Origin: a virus
Lineage: Duplodnaviria > Caudoviricetes
Reading direction: 5' to 3' (one strand)
IMG/VR virus record: IMGVR_UViG_3300037780_000197
Span: 1 to 28,610 of that record
DNA length: 28,610 bases
The notes beneath the pieces are model-generated. The model made no database searches and was not told the origin of the DNA. It saw nothing but the letters and a program-made list of their open reading frames with translations. Shown here one piece after another: positions 25,252-28,610 of this stretch (position 1 is the stretch's first letter; each line of letters starts with the position of its first letter). A program made the position numbers and the translations under genes.

Positions 25252-25704
25252 CTAGTCGGCTCCTCGTCTGATCTGGACGGGCAGCGACTGAAGGGCCTTC
25301 AGCTTGGCGGCCAGCTTGCGTTGCTCCTGCTGAAGCCGGGCGATCTCGGCAAGGCGTGCTTCGTCACCCTGCAGGACGAGGAGGCCGTCATCGCTGACCG
25401 CAACGTCCCAGAGGCCCGGGGCCTCGGCGGCGCGCGCCAGCGCCTTGAAGCGAACGAGGCTGATGTCCTGCTGCTTGGCGGGGGATGTGTAGGCGTCAAG
25501 CATTGCCTTCGACATGGCGCTGCCGCCGAGCATCCGGCCGATACGCGCGGCGACCGCGTGCCTGTCGCGGCCCTTGAGGGCCTGCGACATGGCGCCCTTG
25601 ATCCGCAACCTGAACCGGTCAAGGTCGAGATCGGTGGCCGGCGTTCGGCTCTCGAAGACGGGTTTGGCGAACATGTCGGCCTGGGCCGGCGAAGCGTTAC
25701 GCAT
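25252..25704 (-). CDS. Conserved Mu-like early protein upstream of the transposase (probable DNA-binding regulator)
   Basis: R..VAA.....LG....SK.MLDAYTS...ISL.RF.AL pattern with a coiled-coil tail; its 3' end carries the GAGGAG SD for the transposase. Confidence 0.8.
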   Translation of the reverse strand: MRNASPAQADMFAKPVFESRTPATDLDLDRFRLRIKGAMSQALKGRDRHAVAARIGRMLGGSAMSKAMLDAYTSPAKQQDISLVRFKALARAAEAPGLWDVAVSDDGLLVLQGDEARLAEIARLQQEQRKLAAKLKALQSLPVQIRRGAD

Positions 25705-25972
25705 GACTGTGCTCCGTTGGACGTTTGAAGGGGCGCCGTCGCTGGCTCGCGACGATCGCGTCGACGACGAATTTCGTATGCTTGCCGGCCTGGTCGGCGT
25801 ACTCGGGCCGGCCGGTGCGCTCCGCCTTGATCTTCATGCGGATCGCCGCGCGCATCCGGTCGGCTGGCGCGCAGAAATAGTGGTCCGCGCAGACGATGGC
25901 GTTCCGGTTCGGCAAGGCGCCGGTGCAGCCCGGCACGGGACAGACGCCGCAATGGGAAGGCAGATCAGTCAT
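25697..25972 (-). CDS. Small Cys/His-rich hypothetical protein
   Basis: CGVCPVPGC...C.DH..C pattern; overlaps both neighbours. Confidence 0.7.
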   Translation of the reverse strand: MTDLPSHCGVCPVPGCTGALPNRNAIVCADHYFCAPADRMRAAIRMKIKAERTGRPEYADQAGKHTKFVVDAIVASQRRRPFKRPTEHSHA

Positions 25973-26780
25973 CGGCTCCGTCCCTTGGCATCAGCCCGGC
26001 CTCTTCCATGAACGTCCGGCGCGTCGCCGGCGACGCCTTCGACCAGCCGGAGATCAGTTGTGAGAGCACCTTCTTCTGTTTGTTCGGCTTCGGCTTGGGC
26101 GCGATCAGATCCATGATCGCGCCAAAGTCGGCGCCGCGCTCATCGATGGCGCGGGCCGCGATGGCCCGCTTGTCCTCGGGTAGCTTGGCCAGCGCCAAGA
26201 GCTGCGACTGGTTGTCGGCGATCGCCGTGCCCGAAAGCCGCTTTTTGAGCTCTGGAGGGAGGTTGACGGCAATCCGCTGCAGCCGTTCGACTGATGCTTT
26301 GGAAACGCCGAGCCGGTCCGCGCACGTCTGCGCAAAGCCGCGCTGGGCTTCTTCCTGGAGAACGTCGATGGGGCAAACCGTCAACTTGACGGTTTGGTCG
26401 CCGCCGCGCCTGATGTCGCCATGTTTGCGCTGCCAGACATCGCGATAGGTCTCAATGAACACCGCTCGATCGAGCGTCGATAGATCGTTGCGGAATAGGT
26501 TCTCTTCGATCTCGAGCAAAACGGCCGACAGTGCGTCCGCCTTGACGATGATCGCGTCGATCGTGGGCTCATCGAGAAGCTCGATCGCCCGCAAACGGTG
26601 CGCGCCTGCCACGAGCGTGTGCTTCCGGTCGCCGTTCGGCGTGAACCGGAGCGTGATTGGGTTTAGAAGCCCATGCTGCACGATGCTGGTCTGGATCGCG
26701 AGCGCATGGTCGTCATCAACGGCGCGTAGTCGATCGGGCACATGAATGTCGGTCAGGCTGATCTGCTTGATCTCGCTCAT
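25965..26780 (-). CDS. ParB N-terminal domain protein
   Basis: I.VPDRLR, GLLNPITLR, LVAGAHRL.A, EIEENL.R.DLS.LDRA motifs and an HTH (ADRLGVSKASVER). Confidence 0.92.
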   Translation of the reverse strand: MSEIKQISLTDIHVPDRLRAVDDDHALAIQTSIVQHGLLNPITLRFTPNGDRKHTLVAGAHRLRAIELLDEPTIDAIIVKADALSAVLLEIEENLFRNDLSTLDRAVFIETYRDVWQRKHGDIRRGGDQTVKLTVCPIDVLQEEAQRGFAQTCADRLGVSKASVERLQRIAVNLPPELKKRLSGTAIADNQSQLLALAKLPEDKRAIAARAIDERGADFGAIMDLIAPKPKPNKQKKVLSQLISGWSKASPATRRTFMEEAGLMPRDGADD

Positions 26781-27250
26781 CGCTCCAGCCTCGTCTTGCG
26801 GCGGGCCGACTTGATCGCGTGGCGTTTGATCGCCGAATAGCTGGAGGCGAACGCCTCATCCTGCAGCCGCTCGTCCACGGTACGCAGCGCACGGTTCACA
26901 GCCTCGCGCGAACGCACGATCTCGCCGGCCAATGCTCTCTTGGGAACGTCGAACTCGCGGTGCAGAAGGTGCAGCGCGATCTGCCGGGCGAGCGCCGCGT
27001 CGAACCATTGGTGCGGCGGCGCGATAATGTCATCTTTCGAAAGGTGCTTGAAACGCAGTTGAACGCCCGTAACGGCCGCTTCGAACAGCGGGCTGATCGG
27101 CAGCCCGATATCTGCAAGAGCCGGCCCCGTCTCGCTGCTCGTGGCGCGCGGGCGGTCGCCATTGGCGGCGTCGGGGGCCGGCTCTGAAGCATCCGGCTGG
27201 GAGGGAACCGGAAGCGGAATGCGGGAGAAGATGAACTCGTCTCCGGTCAT
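26777..27250 (-). CDS. DnaA domain IV-like HTH protein
   Basis: ALARQIALHLLHREFDVPKRALAGEIVRSREAVNRALRTVDERL resembles the DnaA C-terminal RQIAMYL...R....V..A...I pattern. Confidence 0.7.
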   Translation of the reverse strand: MTGDEFIFSRIPLPVPSQPDASEPAPDAANGDRPRATSSETGPALADIGLPISPLFEAAVTGVQLRFKHLSKDDIIAPPHQWFDAALARQIALHLLHREFDVPKRALAGEIVRSREAVNRALRTVDERLQDEAFASSYSAIKRHAIKSARRKTRLER

Positions 27251-27256
27251 GATCGC

Positions 27257-27388
27257 TCACCCCGCGACCTGGGCGACGAGCGCCAGCACACCGATCAGGA
27301 CGGCCAGGGCTGAAACGCCGGCAATCAGCGCGTCGGTGGACCGATCCGCGCGATCTCCGCGCCGCGTGAAAGGATTGACCGCCATCAT
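27257..27388 (-). CDS. Small membrane protein (43 aa)
   Basis: ATGA overlap with the ner stop, AGGAG SD, C-terminal hydrophobic ALIAGVSALAVLIGVLALVAQVAG. Confidence 0.7.
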   Translation of the reverse strand: MMAVNPFTRRGDRADRSTDALIAGVSALAVLIGVLALVAQVAG

Positions 27389-27705
27389 GTCTGCGCTCCT
27401 GCGCGCTTTGGAGTGGACCCTGTGAGCCGGATCTTGTTCCAGTCGAGTTGCGATCGCCGCTGACCGGACGGGCGATAACGGCTCGGCCAAAGAAGATGTG
27501 GCTTGGTTCCGAGAGCAGCGGCGATCGCACGCTCACCGGCAGGGTTCGGTTCGCGCAGCGCCTGCCGTGCGGTACCTGCGGAGAGTTTGTAAGTACGGTC
27601 GATCTGGGCAAACGAGAGCCCGGCCTGAACGACCTTGGCCTTGATCGTGCGCGCCTCTGCGACGCGGTCGAATACGGGATTGGCCTTCGGCGATGGGCGG
27701 GTCAT
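27385..27705 (-). CDS. ner: Ner-like transcriptional regulator
   Basis: IKA.....G.S, AL..P...GERAIAAALG..P..LWPSRY Ner signature; divergent from the repressor. Confidence 0.92.
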   Translation of the reverse strand: MTRPSPKANPVFDRVAEARTIKAKVVQAGLSFAQIDRTYKLSAGTARQALREPNPAGERAIAAALGTKPHLLWPSRYRPSGQRRSQLDWNKIRLTGSTPKRAGAQT

Positions 27706-27774
27706 AGTGTTCGCTCGACTGGTGACGATGGCGTTGCAGCGCCATTGGTGTGGGCAGAAAGCCCGCGATTGAGG

Positions 27775-27804
27775 GAGTAAGGTCGAAAAATATCGACGTG
27801 TCAA
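27775..27804 (-). promoter_or_regulatory. Putative early lytic promoter for the ner operon
   Basis: TTGACA (27804-27799) followed after 17 bp by CTTACT; operator copy 1 occupies the spacer; the -10 match is weak. Confidence 0.55.
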
Positions 27805-27870
27805 TCAATATGGCGAAAAAAGTAGACTTAATTCATCAAGCCGTTGATAGATCGGTAGAAAAATTTCGAC
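27782..27870. promoter_or_regulatory. Three 16-bp putative repressor operators
   Basis: GTCGAAAAATATCGAC (27782-27797), GGCGAAAAAAGTAGAC (27812-27827), GTAGAAAAATTTCGAC (27855-27870). Confidence 0.72.
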
Positions 27871-28610
27871 CTTTCTGGGCGAAGTTGGACGACGACGCGG
27901 CTCAGTTGGCGGCCAACATCACTGAAGCAGTTGAGTGGGTTGGGGGGCGAAAGGCCGCTGCGGAAGTGATGCAGGTCAACGCCACCAGCATCGACAATTA
28001 TCGTGCTGGCAGGACCCAGCCAAAGAGCCTTGAATACATGCGATTGTTGGCAGCTCGGGCAAAGGACGTGGCCGGGACGTTTGACGCCGAAAAAATGGGG
28101 CTGGTGAAGCAATTGGAGGAGAGCCGAACCTCCACTGAAAGAGCATTGGCGGCAGAACCAGCGCGCGAACGAGTGTCGATCCCGCGTTATGCGGTGCAGG
28201 CCTCCGCCGGCGATGGCGCGGCGACGATAGCCGAGGACGTTGCCGATTACATGATCGTCAGCCGCAGCTGGCTGTCCGCCATCGCGCCCGCAGGCGCGCG
28301 GCTTGGCATCGTCGAGGGGCGCGGCGACAGCATGGCCGACACGATCCAGGACGGCGACCTGCTGATCGTCAGCTTCGATGTCACGCGCGAGGACATCAAC
28401 GCCGGTGGCGTCTTCGTTTTCACCTACGAAGGCGACGTCTTCCTCAAGCGCCTGGCGCTCGATCTGAACGACGGATCGGTCGAGGTGATCTCCGACAATC
28501 CCGCCTACCGGACCCAGACGATTAGCCGCGAAATGGCAGACGAAAAGATGCACGTCCATGCCAAGGTGCTGCGGGCAATCGCACCGCTGCGGCAGCGCCT
28601 GCAGCGCTAA
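27810..28610 (+). CDS. CI/LexA-like phage repressor: N-terminal HTH + S24 autopeptidase
   Basis: GGRKAAAEVMQVNATSIDNYRAGRTQP HTH, ASAG cleavage site, GDSM (Ser) and KRL (Lys). Start uncertain: ATG 27810 or TTG 27885. Confidence 0.93.
   Translation: MAKKVDLIHQAVDRSVEKFRPFWAKLDDDAAQLAANITEAVEWVGGRKAAAEVMQVNATSIDNYRAGRTQPKSLEYMRLLAARAKDVAGTFDAEKMGLVKQLEESRTSTERALAAEPARERVSIPRYAVQASAGDGAATIAEDVADYMIVSRSWLSAIAPAGARLGIVEGRGDSMADTIQDGDLLIVSFDVTREDINAGGVFVFTYEGDVFLKRLALDLNDGSVEVISDNPAYRTQTISREMADEKMHVHAKVLRAIAPLRQRLQR

Larger units (their letters stand above)
1..28610 (-). mobile_element. Mu-like transposable prophage (internal segment, contractile-tail type); both ends lie outside the window
   Basis: MuA-like DDE transposase, MuB-like ATPase, Ner, GemA, Mor, and Mu gp26-gp42-like morphogenesis genes in Mu gene order, mostly joined by ATGA/GTGA/TGATG overlaps. 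Confidence 0.97.

Noticed and set aside
23542-25728. 728-aa + strand ORF, and similar ones at 7019-8140, 8125-9681, 10958-12805, 13402-14913 and 20803-22536
   Set aside because: Shadows of well-supported minus-strand genes. They show open antisense frames are common here, which is why the 18822-20122 finding rests on the exact start/stop couplings rather than on ORF length.
1-28610. CRISPR array, rRNA, reverse transcriptase/DGR, invertase, Gam, mom/methylase, Mu att ends
   Set aside because: No repeat-spacer array or matching motifs seen; prophage ends and tail-fibre region lie outside the window.

Overview
The whole window is an internal segment of a GC-rich, Mu-like (transposable) myovirus-type prophage, most likely from an alphaproteobacterium (inference from gene families and promoter style). 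It is written almost entirely on the minus strand. From right to left: an S24/LexA-type repressor (+ strand) divergent from ner, small early genes, a DnaA-domain-IV-like protein, a ParB-like protein, MuA transposase, MuB ATPase, semi-essential genes (DUF3164, GemA, Mor-like activator), two + strand accessory genes, lysis genes, terminase, portal, MuF, G, I protease/scaffold, capsid, head-tail joining, sheath, tube, tail chaperone with a -1 frameshift, and a tape measure gene running off the left edge. Neither prophage end is in the window. Most notable observations: (1) MuF carries a PBECR-like C-terminal nuclease extension and is faced by a convergent sigma70-like promoter that would drive a ~65-nt structured, loosely tRNA-shaped RNA (candidate RNA antitoxin or decoy); (2) both + strand accessory genes are completely covered on the opposite strand by open frames chained to the flanking phage genes by three exact start/stop overlaps; (3) a shared late-promoter dyad CTGGC-N4-GCCATTCT, three 16-bp repressor operators, a candidate strong gyrase site and two structured intergenic regions. 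All family assignments come from motif recognition and synteny, not from database searches.
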